Of a stretch of 64,000 bases of DNA, positions 41,300 to 56,149 are shown in pieces (within the stretch, counting starts at the first letter, position 1; the number at the start of each line of letters is the position of its first letter). The notes beneath the pieces are model-generated. The model was given only the letters and a program-made list of their open reading frames with translations. It searched no databases and was not told where the DNA came from. Where the stretch lies: NCBI GenBank assembly GCA_051294375.1, contig CM119264.1:16031245-16095244 (forward strand). The letters run 5' to 3'. The translations under genes were made by a program, and so were the position numbers. Source of the stretch: Paraspadella gotoi. Its lineage: Eukaryota; Animalia; Chaetognatha.

Positions 41300-44200
41300 C
41301 AATCTAATTCATGTATTAATTTATCACTTTTTCGCCATCTGTCGAGTTTGTCAGAATTGTTTTTCGTCAGCAAAAACGGCGGTAAGTTGTAATTTCCGAT
41401 CGTCATCGTCCCAGCGCACGTGGGACGCCGACTACGGCGCCAATTCGCCGTTGGATACCATCGTAACACTGGACTCTGAGTTGGGTTGGAGCAGTTATCG
41501 AAATGTTATGATTGCGATTGAATGTGCTGGGTTGAAAAAAACAGGGAGGTAATAGACTAATAGAAATCTATAGTATAGATGTAGTATTTCATACGGACGG
41601 TGACTGCTCGCGCACTCGTCCTTCCTCAAACGAGAGAAGAGTAAGAAAATAAATACTTAATCTAAGAATTTCTCGAAGACCGTACTTTTTCCTAACTTCT
41701 CACGCCGCTATTTCCCGGCCTCTGTGTCACTTTGTGTTCGAAAAGTCGCGTCGTCACCGATCGACTGTGTGGGGCAATGTATTCCGCATTCGCTTCCACC
41801 AACACTGGCCAATCTGTCTTTTTTGTTCTCCAAGTAGAATTGTAGAGTTTTTTCGGCCAGAAGACCGGTTTGTGGCGGATTTGCCTTTTTGTTTTTTACG
41901 GAGACGCAACATACATTAGGAAGCATTCGAACAGCTTATAAATCTATAAATATAACACTAGATAGATGCAATCAGCATGAGACAATGAAAAATAACGTGG
42001 CCGAACGTTCTCCTGGCTGATTTCGTCCCTTTAAATTTTGTTGGCTGACCCAAATTAATTGGTTGGTATTTAGGCTTGCGGTGCGTGTTGGCACTACTGG
42101 AACAAATCATGTATCTGACCTTAAGCCCTTGACCATCCCACAAAAAATATAAACCTGGATGAAAAAAATTGGAAAACAAGATAAAGGCAATAATAGTCTA
42201 AAAAGCTTACAAAATTTCGACCATTGCTCTTATAAATTGAAACAGAGTATTAGTTGTCAAAACGAAACTATAAACCAATAACTTAATGTTAAGACGCAAG
42301 ATGAAATATTTTACCCATACTTTTCCTCCAATTATATGAAGTCATTAGCCTTGTAATAGTCAATTAATCTGAAAAAACAATAGGACAAAGTTCGTTTTCA
42401 ACTTTTTTTTATGATTAGATAAGTTTTCCTCTGATTCCTCCTCTTGTATTCTAATTGTCTAATATTTATAGAGGTATTTTTGAAAAACCTTAATATAAAA
42501 TCTATATTTTTCACTTTTTTTAAAAATTTCTTTCAAACAAAAAATTTAAAAAAATCAGCTTCTAGCCTTGTCGATTTTCTAGATCCTGATCTTCTTTATT
42601 TTTTTGAATAATTTTTCATTTTCCTATGCAAAACCATTATCTTTCAATGAAGAATGGGTTAACGACAAACTTTCTAGGTGCAAGATCTGCTTAAAGGCAG
42701 AATGAACGCTAATTAATCACCATTTTTGTCTGTTCACGGGTTTGGTCATAGCAATACTTAAATCAATCTAAAAAAATGTTCAATTTAAAAAAAATATGCG
42801 TGTCTGTCAGTCCTATCCATATGTCACACTCATCCTGCCTTTTGCTTCAAACGTCCAGCTAGTCGTGATTGAATTGCTGGATTATGTTAAAAATTTTGTA
42901 TGTTGTTAGGAAGCCAAAAATCAAGTTTTGATAAAATCCAGTAGGAGAAATGTAATATAAAAAATATAAAATATAAAATATAAAAAATGAATAAAAAAAA
43001 TGTAACATATCTTGAAAATTATATAAAATTAAAAATTTTATAATATGATTGGGTTGAATGTGTATAAAGGCAATAACTACTAGTGATAAACATCAATGAC
43101 TACCACAACCATAATAACACAACCATCTTAACTTATCTTTATAGTGACAATAACAGATAATAACGCTTTATCTGCATTAATAAAAATATACAGAATGTTT
43201 TTTTAAAAAAATATGCAGCATTAAAGCGTATTTAACAAATGGTATTTCAAAAAAAAATAATGAAAAAATATAGTAAACAAAGGCTTCTGATGCAATTTTC
43301 ATTTTAACTTTACTATAATATATTAGATAAATATGAAATAAATAATTTTTTTGGGGATAATTTTAATATTTTACCGCTTTAATTAAGTCTATTTAAAAAA
43401 ACAAAATAAGATTTTCCATTGATAACTTTTTATATAAATACATCAAAAATAAAAAGATTTACAAAAATCCAACAAATATCATCAGTGTATATCGATACAG
43501 TGAAATATTTTTTTATGCCTGCAACGTTACCGCAACGCCATTTTCATTGTGTCATATATATATAACTATTGATATATTTAAACGTCATGTGAAATAAAGT
43601 TTCAGCTTGTTTTTTCAATCTAAAATTTTTAAAATAATTGATTAAACTAGTTAAAGTTTTTTCCCGGTTTTTTTTCACCTAGCCTTTTTCTCGTGGTCGG
43701 ATTTAGTCATAGAAGCTTTAAGATTATTCGAGAGCAGGAAATCCGCAAATAAGGAGAGCTCATTGCGAACGCAGCGGAAGGACGGAAAGGTCAGATGGTT
43801 CAAATACCTCTTAGTCCCGATGCCGTAAAGGATTTTCCGCTAGTTAAAATTTGGAGTTTAGTAAATGAATGTAGTATAATCAATAAATATTATTGGTTAA
43901 ACTATAAATAAATTATAAATAGCCTAATGAATGTATTAACGTGATGATCAAAATTTATACTTTGAAGGCAAAAAACGGTTCAGAAAAAGTATTATTATTA
44001 AAACGTGGAGGCAATCAATATATCTATCATATATTTAACGATTGAATGTAATAAGTAATTAATTGATTGAATGTAACAGTAATTGATAGATTTCGATGTA
44101 ATAAAAAAGCGCATTGATTGTTGTAATAATAATTGAATTGATGATGCAATAGTAATTTATTGATTGATTGTATAGTAATTATTGATATGATGTCATAGTA

Positions 44201-46513
44201 ATTGAATTGATATAAATAATAATTGATTTGATATAATAATAATTGTGATGTAATAGTATAAAATATATATATGATGTAAGTATATAATCAATAAAATAAT
44301 TGATGTAAAATTAATAAATAAATTATGAATAGCCTGATGAATGTATTACGTGAAAGATCAAAAATTTATCTATTGAAGGCAAAACAACGTTTCAGAAAAG
44401 TTATTTATTATAAACGTGAGGCAATCAGTATATCTATCATATATTAAACGTATTGATGTAAATAGTAATCATTTATTGATATAATAGGTAATTCATTGAT
44501 GACGTAATAGTATTAAATTGTTGATGTAATAGTAATTTATTAAATTGATGTATAATAATAATTGATTTGATGTAATAATAATTGATTGATGATATTAGAT
44601 ATTGGATTAAGTAATTGATTGATTGATTGTGTAAAAATATTGATTAATGATGTACAAGCATTAAGATGATTAATATGAATTGATGATTGAATAATTGATT
44701 GATTGAAATAATTATTGATTGATTAAATGTAATCAATAATTGATTGATTGATATATATCATAACTGATTGATTGATGTACCATAAGTTTAATTTGATTGT
44801 GATGAATAACCAATATTTGATACGATGATAACCATTATTAAATGTGATGATAACCAAATATTGATGGATCAGTAATGATCTAAAAACCAATAATTGATGG
44901 ATTTCATAATGATCGAATAACCAAATGATTGATATGATGATAATCATTGGATTGATGGCGATGATTAGTCACTCACATTGATGCGGATGATTCATTCATC
45001 GGTAAATAAACAACTGCGTGTTGAGAGAGAAATAAAAAGAGAAAGAAAAAAAGATATAATTTTTTTCAATAATTTGCGAATGGTAAAACTAGACTGACGA
45101 ACGACGGTCACAAAGAAGCAGAGCCCGTTCCTTAATCTCGCCAATACAAGTCGGGGCCTTCGCCCGTCTGGCGAATAAAAAACTCAAGATCAAATAGTGA
45201 AACGTGTTTTTTGTTCATTCCATTTAAACTCATTTCGCACTTAAACAATTACATTCAATGATATTATTTCGTGTTCTCTTTTTCGCCTGCCGAAAATTCA
45301 TTATTGCGTCATGCTCATGTATGGTATTTCCTTCAAATTAGTTCATATCATACATTCTGCATAATAAAGCAACCACGACACCTTCCGGGAGGGCATGAAG
45401 ACTAAATTTGGACTACACGGATGGGAGGTCCTTGCGGGCGGATTGGAATGCCTGGTCTGTTAGATACCTTGCCAGATACATCGGTCAGTTGCAGACTGGA
45501 CCTCGGCTGAACTAGGCGGAGCGGGCAAGACAACTGTCGGAAACCGAGGTTTACACGCAGCGCTTCTTCCATCTCTTAGGCGGCCGGGCAGGCATTGAGG
45601 ATTCGCCGACGGAGACATCGCCGGTCCTCATCGATTGCGTGATTAAGTACCACCAGACTCTTCAATTCATTTCTGCCTCCGCCCGAGTGGACCCCAGCCG
45701 TAAGGGAGTTGTGCAGCGCTGCCTACTATCCATATCTACTTCACTACTTGGTGCCCGACGTGAACGCCCTCGCACACACTCTTTTCTCGCGACAACGTTT
45801 ATTCTGATTTCATCTTCAACTCAAAATTATTCGTGTCGATGCAACTCACAACGATTAATTCTAATTATTTCAAGCTACAAAGGCGACCGGACGTCTTACA
45901 GATCCGACTTAAACGTGATACGAGTCAAAATTGACTAATCGCATTCATCTTCATGATTTAATGTACGGAAAACTAACAAAATTAAATATCCTACTAGTGT
46001 CAACAACTGTACAACAAGTCATATTTTTAAAAACAAACCTGATAAGGATTTAGAAACCTGTGTACTTAGCGTTTATCAGTACTTCGAGATTGTGACCGGC
46101 GTTCAAGATGATTCTTTCACCCTTTAACAAGAATCCATCCCAAGAGATCGCTTTGTCTGAGTCGCTTTTTTCGTTCCAAACTTCCAGAATTTTTTCCTGT
46201 TTTTATTTAAGAATTTCTTTCGTTTAAAATGATATACGATTTTGATTCAAAGAATTTAAATAAATTATTAAAATTGACAGAGACTGAGCACGCTACCATC
46301 GTTAAAAAGACACAGGAGAGGACGAATTATTAAAATCGCTTACCGATGGCACAAACCCATCTGTAAGGGGATTGTCCAAGCAGTCATCCTGGACGATCGA
46401 CCTGGCATCGGAACCAGGTGTCATCGGGATCGTCCTTCAGGAGTATGCCCTCCTGGATGAACTGCTCGTCGATGTATTCCTCAAGCCGGGGAGCCGAACG
46501 ACGTCGTCTCCAT
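41300..46513 (-). CDS. Spliced trypsin-fold serine protease resembling V8/glutamyl-endopeptidase (S1B-like) enzymes
   Basis: Exon 1 ends APYRWVCAI (clean copy at 63766-63934). The exon at ~46058-46196 reads GFLLKGERIILNAGHNL (His motif). The exon ending at 41704 gives DTEAGNSG (one extra A removed) spliced GGC|GTGAG...CTCAG|AGT to SPV...AVVGVH (Ser motif; two more indels). The catalytic Asp was not located. Confidence 0.6.
43873..44470. repeat. Direct duplication (~190 bp, ~410-bp spacing) within a degenerate TGAT-rich satellite
   Basis: tataatcaataaa...aatagcc...gaaggcaaaa...ggcaatca.tatatctatcatatat occurs at ~43873-44060 and ~44281-44470. Confidence 0.75.
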
Positions 46514-47689
46514 AGTTTCTTGACTTCAATATTCTTTCGTGTTGAAATCACATTTAAGCGAACAAAATAAAGTTCTAAGAATCATCTGCGGTAGAGTGAC
46601 ATTCCGCGATTGAACAGTTTTGTACTGTTCGAATCGTTTTGATATTCTGAAAACTTTAGATCATTCGATCGGGAATCGAAAACTGAGTTACGAAACTGAA
46701 ATGCCACTATCGATGTCAACAGTTCCGAGTTTCAGCTGTGCCCAAAAACTTGTGCCAGAATGAAACAAAAGGGAAAGCGTCTATAACGTACTATAAAGGC
46801 TCCAGGAGATTAGTGAGAGAGTCATGCAACTAGTTAGAGAGTAATTAAAACTTATAACTTGAATCATGTTGAACATAATTTATAACATATCATAGTGATA
46901 TCTCTTTATCTCCTCCTCATATATTTTACCTTTTAAAAACTTTTTAAGTCCAAAATACTGTTTTTATGTCGCTTTATCTACTGTTTTTTCAAGCATACCT
47001 GAATTTTTCTGATAAAGCAGTTTTCTGTGACCCTATCTATACTATAGTAGACCTTTCCATATATGAAAAGTTTTGAAAATCAAAAAAAACGAGTATTGTG
47101 CAATAGGTGCCCAATACATCATAGTGAATTTTTTGAACATTTTGTTTTTCCAAAAAAAAATTTACAGTAAAATGCTGCAACTTTAAAAAAAATGAAAAAA
47201 AAAGGTAAAAAAGGACTTTTTGCTAAATATCTTTTAAAGCTTTATGCTAGAGGAACCAAAACCCAAACTATCTTGTAGAAGCGGAAAAAATTGACATATG
47301 TTACATACCTCACATTATAAATTAAGTTAAGTTTTTTACCATTGTTTTGAAAATTTTGATAAAATTTTTTGGTTAATTGCCTTTCTGTTCGTTTTTTGTG
47401 AATGATTTTTCAAAGTAGAAGAGTTTTTATTCGAATATAACAACGTTTTTTTATTGAACAAATTTCGAAACAATGTTTTTTCGAGTCTTTATCAGGGTAG
47501 CGGTGGTAGGCCTTGGCTGCTACAAACACCCACTAGCTGGTACTAAACGTGATAGAAGAATTGAAGTAAACTATAGTCAGGTAGTGTATATTTATATGAA
47601 GATAAATAGTATAAAAAATAACAAAGTGTTACACAATTTTCGCATAAACTGAGAAGCAGAGCGCAGTCTCTCTCCGTGGAATTGAAAAG

Positions 47690-50600
47690 TTGGGAATGAC
47701 ACTCTTTCCTTTCCTTCCTTTCGCTTTTATACTTTCCTCCGTTCCTCCTAGATCACGCGACCTCGTTTCAGACAAGACTGACGCGCCAACGACGCGCCTG
47801 AACGCGCCTGACGACGCGCCTGACGCTTTCTCCCTTACAGCTGTCCCTGGCCTCGCCGAGTGCAACGTGATTTAGTTTCTATCGGATTCGTCGGAGCTCA
47901 TTTGCATTATTTTCCGTCTTTCCTTCCTTTTTATTCGTTCTAATTCTCGTCGCTCTCTGCTCTCTTCTCTCTCTCCTTCATAGTATCCGTCGCTCTCCCT
48001 CTCTCTCATCATCGATATCCGTCGCTCTCCCCTCTCTCTCTCGATAATCTACGTCGCTCTCCTCTCTCTCTCTCTCTCTCCTTAAGCCGCTTCAATCAGC
48101 GCAAAACAGAGTCAAAACTTGTTCAATAAAAAAACAAAAGTTGTTATATCGAAGAAAAAACTTTCTACTTTGAGAAAGATAACAATTTAAAAATTATACC
48201 TTTTAACAATGCATTATGTTCGTGAAAATATTTTTTTTATATTTTCTATAGAAATTGATTGATGTAAATAGTAATTTTTTTTTCTGAAAGAAAAACAGAG
48301 CAAACAAATAAACAAACAAACAAATAATCTATAGTTGGCAAAAAAACAATAAACAGCGAACAAAAAAGAAAAAAAAAAGATCAGGGGGACAAAGTCAAGC
48401 AACTCCATCGAAATGAAGGGGATGGAATAATTTGAATATTGATGATAACCAATTAATTGATGCGATGATAACGCAATTATTGATGCGATGATAGATTATA
48501 GATCAACTGAAGAGACGCAATGACTTTCTCTAGGGGTGGGAGGGATTTATGGTGGACCAAAAATCGCCCAACCCGTATCAATGGCAGCGGCCATTGATTG
48601 GTGCAAGGAGGCAACCCAAGGTCGGGGTTCTAGCCCGGTGGGTGGTGGTGAACGGTGATCGGTCAGTGATGAGGAGACAGATGATCTGATTAGGTCGCGT
48701 GTTTCTGCTTCCAACCATCCATCCCCCCGACTGACTTCGTCCAGGAGGAGGAAGACTGAGAGTCATTGATCTTCGTCGTCTTCCGGCGCTGAATCATCAC
48801 CGGAGGAATGTTGGTTGATTTTAAGCTGGACCGTTTATTTGCCCACACGTTACTGACTTAAGCTTCTGTGGCATAATTGAAAATCATAGTCGAATTCTCT
48901 CCCGATTTAAAAAAAACTTTTAACAGGCGTTAATTTTCGCTTTTAACCTATAGCCACGTAATGAATATTAATTCCTTACTGTCTATTTAAAAAATGCGAA
49001 TTGAAAAACCAGGCTCTTACTCGCTCCTACTTGCTCTACATATGGAACGATGTCCGATGACCAAGGCCTCTCGCCACTCCGACGGCAGCGTTTCCCATAG
49101 CATCGACGAAAAACTTGCGGAGATTTTTGGTCAACGACATCACCGCTTCAAGATTGACAAAGGTCCGTCGAGTCGTAGTCGAACAGTCCGGACTCATCGA
49201 TACGCGGAAGGCGCGATCGACGACTCCTCTAGAACATCGCAGCTCTGTTGTCGAAGGACGTTTGAGAGAATGCGACCTCGCCATCAAGGCTTTCGATGGA
49301 AGGCAGAGTCGTAGACATTCGGGCGAAGGGATACCGTGGAAGAAGCAATGTGGAGAGCGGGCTCCGAATAAGTGCGTTTTTTAGAACGAATGGTAACAAG
49401 GGTGATCAGGGTGAATAGAGCGAGTAAAAAGTAAAAAAAAAGTAAAAACATCTACATCCTCAGAAATCCTTACAGTCCCGCAAAGTTTACTACTTCAGCC
49501 TGATACTAAACTCAAAGGCCATTTGTGAAAAGGCTTGTTTTCAGGGCGAACAGCGAGACAGCCATGTTCATGTAGTCAGAGCTTTGGATCTGGCAGCAGG
49601 CCCTGGCTACAAGCGGGTTTACCCGGTCCATCCAACTTTCTAACATGACAACCTCAGGGCTCGAACCAGAGACGCACATTGGGATGGTGCATTAGTCCAC
49701 TGAGCCACTGCGATGGAAACAGCTTTAATCTATCTGTGATGATAGGACCAACCAGAAATTGGAACCTTATCTAAATGATAAGTGCGACGCCAATCAAAGT
49801 ACAACCTATCTTCGCTAAAATTTTAAATTTAAACCTATAACATTACATGATACCCGAATCGAGAGCCATGGTATTTTTCAAAAGTTTTTAGTTGAGAGCA
49901 AACTCTATAAGTCACTTTCGGTCGGTCTGTCGTCGGTCCGGTATTGTCCATCAGTCTGTCCACTCAATTAGTAATGTTCATAAACTCGCCTCATAATTGG
50001 TTGCTCACAGAAAGAAACCTGAAATCTAAGTGACTGCTAGCGCTGTCTTCAAGGAAATTGTAAAAACTATAAGAATAAAGACGGAATCCGATGACAGCGC
50101 GTGTCACTAAATACAATATAAAGACGTTACGTTATACATAAATTTCCTAGTGTATGTATTATGTAATCCGTAGGAAATACATATTAAAAAGAAAGTTACT
50201 GCGGCGCAACACATCGGATGGACCGATCTTGTTTTAAACTGGATTCTTTCTGTTTCACCTGGCGTACTGTTAAAAACCATTTAATTTAAAAAAAAAAACA
50301 TCGCGTGAACGATTTTTTCAGGATTTGGAGTAAAGTCAAAATTCTCGCGAATGTCGACGACGTCGAGGGGACGAATACAATGAGGACGACGACTACTTAC
50401 ATCGAGGACACAAAGGATGACGTCCAGAGGGAAGAAGTTTGAAGATCCCGACAATGAAGTGTCGTCGAGGGGCGTCGTCCACGAAATCCAGTTCGTCGTC
50501 GACAAAAGTGGGAGCAAAGTTCCGGCGTGGGTCCGTCCGCTGGTGGCAACCGACCAGTTCAGCCAGCAAGACCTGAACGGGAAGCGACCTTGAAACAGTG

Positions 50601-53600
50601 GGAGTAAGAGGTGATGAGCAAAAATCTAAGGAACGAGATATTGTTGAAGTAATTATGTATAGAAAAATGGAGAGTCGATTCTGTCGTAAAAAATTTGATA
50701 AATTTCCAGTTATAAAGTGACAGGAAAATTACGTAATAATCACATTCGCCAAGGGTGGACTATAATAATCCTACGAAGAACGACGATCGGTTGGATACGA
50801 ACACTTACGGCGAAAAACGAAGCGATTCGTCAGGAAAGCGAGAGCTCGATCGAGACCGGTCACAGCATTAAGGTATTTAATATTTTTGTCTGTGGAACTA
50901 GTTGGGCCCCCAATAAGTATTTCGAAATGGGAATTTTTTACATTAACCGCGAGTTTAAATTAATTCTCAGGCAGAAGAGCCGAAAGTTTATTAGCGAATC
51001 TCCTTATGGAGGATTAAAGGAAATAACAATGGACGACGACCCTGCGGACGAACTGGTTTATCAAAGTAAAATCAGCTCTGCGTATTTCGCATTTAAATTT
51101 ACTTGCAACCTTTTTTTTTTTTTTAAATTCAAAGTGGCTCTTGTCGTGCTTCTACGTTTGGATCGTGACGCTCGGCCGTCGTAACCATATTGAGTCTGGT
51201 CTTCGATCCTCCGCACAAACCGAAACAAAAAGAAATCAAGGACTAGGTTTTTTTTCAACTTTTAAAAGTAATTGTTATTCTCAATAAAAATTTTTTCATC
51301 GAGTATATCCGAAATGTTTCGGCAGCGACATTTCAAGTTATGTGACGAGATCGTTTGTCGAAACGGGGCACCTGCGCTTCAATGGAACCAAGCAGAGGTG
51401 GACTTGCGAATGCGAACCGGGTATTTCGGAAAATACTGCCATCGTTTTAAACGTGATCGCTTGGTCTCAGTGATTCTTGCACAAATTTTAAAGCAGATTT
51501 CGGTAACAGATTCTGAAACACGATTTTTTTCCGACATTTTAGGAAACGCGAGCAACTTGAAATTTTGCAAATCGTCTCCCTTGCTTGAATAATGGAGTTT
51601 GCAAAGAAACTTTTTCGGATTCAATGCTCATGCCCTTCGGTAGTATTCTTTAAAAAAAAAATTATTTCTTTTTTAATTGGCGCGCGGTGTCTTGCAGGCA
51701 GTCGAGGTTCATCGTGCGAGATCGATATCGATGATTGTAGATCCTCTCTTTTCTTCGGCGAATGCGTCGACTTGTTGGGCGGGTTCGTCTTATCTGCAAC
51801 ACGCAAGGAACAGGTGCTATACTCTAATATAAAGAATATAATTAAATCTAATACATAGTGAAATTTATTAAATTTTAACATTTATTTTAAAAATTTTATA
51901 TGAACATTTTCAAGTCTAATTTAGTAAAACAAGTAATCTTAGCAAATTTTTCATATTAAATGTGAGATAGTAAATGATTATCGAGTACAAAAATATGATT
52001 TACTAATATTGTTTGGGGAACAGTTATAAAAATACAATATATTTTAGAATAATTATAAAATAGTTTAAATTTTATAAAAAAATTTGGGAAAATTTTATTA
52101 CCAATTCTGATTCTTCATGAAAAAGTTAGACCAAAAATATAAAACATGTTATCAAAAAATTTCGATATCATCCCGCCTTGAGTAAAATACTATTATATAA
52201 ACGTTTTACTCCATTTTTAGCAGGGTTAACATAAAATGATCTAAAACATATTTTACAAAAAGTTTCATAAGCATTTTTCGGGCGAATCCGCCGAACGTCA
52301 TAAAATTAAAAATATTAATTTGAAATTTATATGATTTATAAGGATATTACTATAAAGAAAATTAATTTAATGATTCTTATGCTAATCTTTTTTTAAAAAA
52401 AAAGGCTCATTATTTTTTCATAACATATTACAAAGGCACAAAAAAAACATTGTTCAATCGCTAGTCTCATCATCACTCCACTCAATGGGCATAACTTGAT
52501 TGGTACACCTGAAACAATATTACAACAGACTCCCGATCCTAATTTCCAAGATCATACATGGCAAAACCGAATTCGCACGTTGCGCCGACAATCCTTGTGA
52601 AGAACGGAGCCAGCTGCACGATGAATTGCAATCAAACTAAAGTCAGTCGGTCCAACGTTCTTCTCGTTTTTTTTAAAAATTATCTTGATCTAAATTCGAA
52701 ATATATTTTCTTGATACATTAGTCGCTTTATCGCGTTGTTATACAGACCGTTAAACGTATCGAGTTGTCCGTTCCAACTATAACGCTCTTCGAAAAGGAA
52801 TTCACGGTCCGCGTTGTGAAACTCCCCACCAAGTGTGGAAAAGGTGGGCTTTTTTAATCGGTCTTAAATCATTAATATTTAAAAAAATGGTTGGGAGAGG
52901 AAAGGGGGGGGATTGACAAAAGTTATTTGTTTGCAACGAAATTTTATTTTAGATTGAACAGACATGTTTCGAACTTGCTTTACAAGCCTTTATCAGCGGT
53001 TTTTTGACATTAGGTTTGAAATTTGTGCTAAGAAGGAGAAGAGAGAGAGAGAGAGAGAGGTAGGATAAAAGTCTTCCAACAAAGGGTGAGACAGAATATT
53101 TTTCACAAATTTCATTTCATTTTTCACATTTCTATCCCTTAGTTAACTAAACCTCTCTCTCTATCTCTCTCTCTCTATCTCTCTCTCTCTATCTCCTCTC
53201 TCTATCTCTCTATCTCTCTCTGCTCTCTCCATCTTCTCTCTCTATCTCTCTCCTCTCTAATCTCTTCTCTCTTATCTCCTCTCTCTCTATCTCTTCTCTC
53301 TATCTCTCTCTCTATATCTCTCTCTCTCTATCCTCTCTCTAATATCCTCTCTCTCCCTCTCTCTCTCTCTCTAATATCGACGCAGGAATTCTTGTAAACG
53401 TTCATATGTAGAAAATATTTTGTATTTTCTATGCCTCGCGAGGTCGCGCGTTGAGGTGTCGGCCGTCGGATGCATAGGTTTTTGACAAGGAGCAAGGATT
53501 TCGTAGTATCTTACTAAATCTCGAAGCGTGAAGAAAATATGCCGAAAAATATCGAATAAATCGTGAAGTATTTGTATTTTGTAGATATAAATCGATGGCA

Positions 53601-54390
53601 AATCAATGAAATGTTTGTAATAAATCCTTGAAATTCGTAAAACAATTAGGGTTTCAGACGAACGGATCTTTTCTTAAAAATGATCTGATCGATTAACAAG
53701 TGACGAGGTTTTCGGCCGAAAGAAAGCCAAAGAGAAAGCGATTAGAACGGTGAAAAACTGGTCTAAAAATTTCAACTGAAATGTCCAGGGAACCTGACGA
53801 TCGACTCGAGGTCCAAATATTTTTAATTAACATTAACGACATATACGTACTCGAATTGGCAGCGATCATTTATGGCCATTTTCATGTGACAGGCGTAAAT
53901 TGCGGTGAAGGCACTTGACATCACTCTTAGCCGAATCCCCGGCGACGAAAAAGGGGACGAGTTTTTCTGCGATTGCAAATCAAATCCTGCGACGCGAAAA
54001 CAAATATTTCGACGGACAAAAATGTTTGGCAGAACTCCTTGCAGGTTTATCTTTTTATTAATCTGATTTTTTTTAATTATTAAGTAAAACTTTATAAAAT
54101 ATAATTTGTTTAAAAATTATATAAAATAATTTATTTCAGCACAATCAATTGTCCGAAGTTCTACTGCCACCATTTCAAAAAAATCTTTGGCCATAAATCC
54201 TTACTTTGAGGCCAAAATGCGAAGTGACTAATCCGTCGAACAGTCCCGGAAGGTCGAAATTAGAAGCAATTAGCAAAATAATCTACTTTTTGCTACCTAA
54301 TTTTTAGTTATCCCTGACCTTTTTTAGCAAATTCAGGGGAAAATGTCGAAGCTACAAAACGGAGACGAAAAACAGGTCTGAATGGTCAAA
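47690..54390 (+). CDS. Multi-EGF-repeat protein gene, left-arm copy (many indels)
   Basis: Exons contain CDEIVCRNG...[18 protein letters not shown]...[39 protein letters not shown] and GVNCGEG...FFCDCKS. The gene limits are uncertain. Confidence 0.7.
49423..49718 (-). mobile_element. tRNA-derived SINE (mirror copy of 60645-60935)
   Basis: Reverse-complement A-box (ccactgagcca) and B-box (gggctcgaacc), plus a (GTAAAAA)n tail at ~49423-49448. Confidence 0.65.
53153..53372. repeat. (CT)n/CTAT microsatellite; mirror copy at 57170-57277
   Basis: Directly visible. Other long (AG)n tracts lie at 14968-15050, 27766-27892, 28731-28798 and 34085-34157. Confidence 0.95.
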
Positions 54391-56149
54391 TTGAATTGCA
54401 CTATTTCTATCATTTATACCATTTACTTTATTCATTTAATAAAATAATTTTTCATTATCAATCATTTTTTCACCTTGAATCCAATTTTTTAATTGCATCA
54501 ATTTTTTAACTTGCATCATTTTTAACCTGCATAATTTTTTAACCTGCATTAATTTTTTTAAGTTGTATCATTTTTTATTTACATAATTTTTTTAACTTGC
54601 ATCATTTTTTCACTTTGTATTATTTTTTTATTTTGAATGAATTTATTTCACTCGCATCATTTTTTAACTTTTCAACATTTTGTAACTTGTTCATTTTTTT
54701 AAAACTTTTTTATGTAATAAAAAATTCTAATAAATTTTACAATTTAGCGGCAGTAGGCCATATTATACTAATACTAAACCAATATGTTAAATTTCAAAAC
54801 AGTTTTTTCTAAGATTTTTTTGCAGATTTGGATTCGTCATAAAAAGTTGATAAAAAGAAATATTAACTCTTTTTTGAAAAAATTCCTTCATTAAGTGGGT
54901 CAAAAATTAGAAAAAGCTATATTTTAGGCTGAAATTAACTTTTTATATATTAAATACAGTTTTTTAATTTTTTAACCCACTTAATGAAAGAATTTTTAAA
55001 AAATGATTTATATTTCTTTTATCAACTTTTGACGGGAATTCAAATCTGCAATCAAAATTAAGCCAATTTGGAAATTTTTTTGATTTATAAGGATAGTACT
55101 ATATATAACATATAACTACTGCGAAAATTAAAAAATATAAAATTATTTTTTTTTACAAATTAATGTTCACTGATGTATGTTGTTCATAATTGACTTTAGA
55201 ATTTTTTGTATGTTAACTTTCACTACGGCCTTACTGTCCATCCACATAGTGTCCATCATCCGTCGCGTCTCCCTTAGCTTTGAACGCCAATTATTCATAA
55301 TTGTATGGGGTCGACTGACTTGAAAATGAAATGTGGGTGGAAAGTGTGTGATTAAGCTGGAAATCAAGTTTCCGATGGAAATCATCCAAGTAGAAGAATT
55401 AGTTTAAATAGGGAAAAATTAAATTACATTTACTTGAATCTTTTTATTATAATTAATTCCATAGTTACATTAAATTAATCATAATTCGATGGATACAGAG
55501 ATAAAATTTGTGGGTGGGTACTGGGTAGGGAAAAGTNNNNNNNNNNNNNNNNNNNNNNNNNTAAAGTTAAATTTAGAAATTTTACTACGCCTTAATGGAC
55601 AGGCATTAATTTTTTGCATTATTTATTTATTTGTTCTGACAGGAATTAATTGACTGAGCGACAAGATTAGGGTAACGGACCGACGGACAGACAAAGTGAA
55701 TTATAGAGACGGAATCTGCTGTAAGCAGATACGGCTAAAAACGATATAGGTTTAGATTGAAAAAATGATAAATTTAAAAAATGAAGCGAGTTGAAAAAAA
55801 ATAAAAGTTAAAATAATTATATAAGTTTTAAAAAATGATACAAGTTACAAATGTTGAAAGTTAAAAAAATGATGCGAGTGAAATAAATTATTCAAAATAA
55901 AAAAATAATACAAAGTGAAAAAATGATGCAAGTTAAAAAAATTATGTAAATAAAAAAAATGATACAACTTAAAAAAATAATGCAGGTTAAAAAAAATTAT
56001 GCAGGTTAAAAAAATGATGCAAGTTAAAAAATTGATGCAAGTTAAAAAATTGATTCAAGGTGAAAAAATGATTGATAATGAAAAAATTATTTGATTAAAA
56101 TGAATAAAGTAAATGGATAAATGGAATAGAAAATAGTGCAAATTCAATT

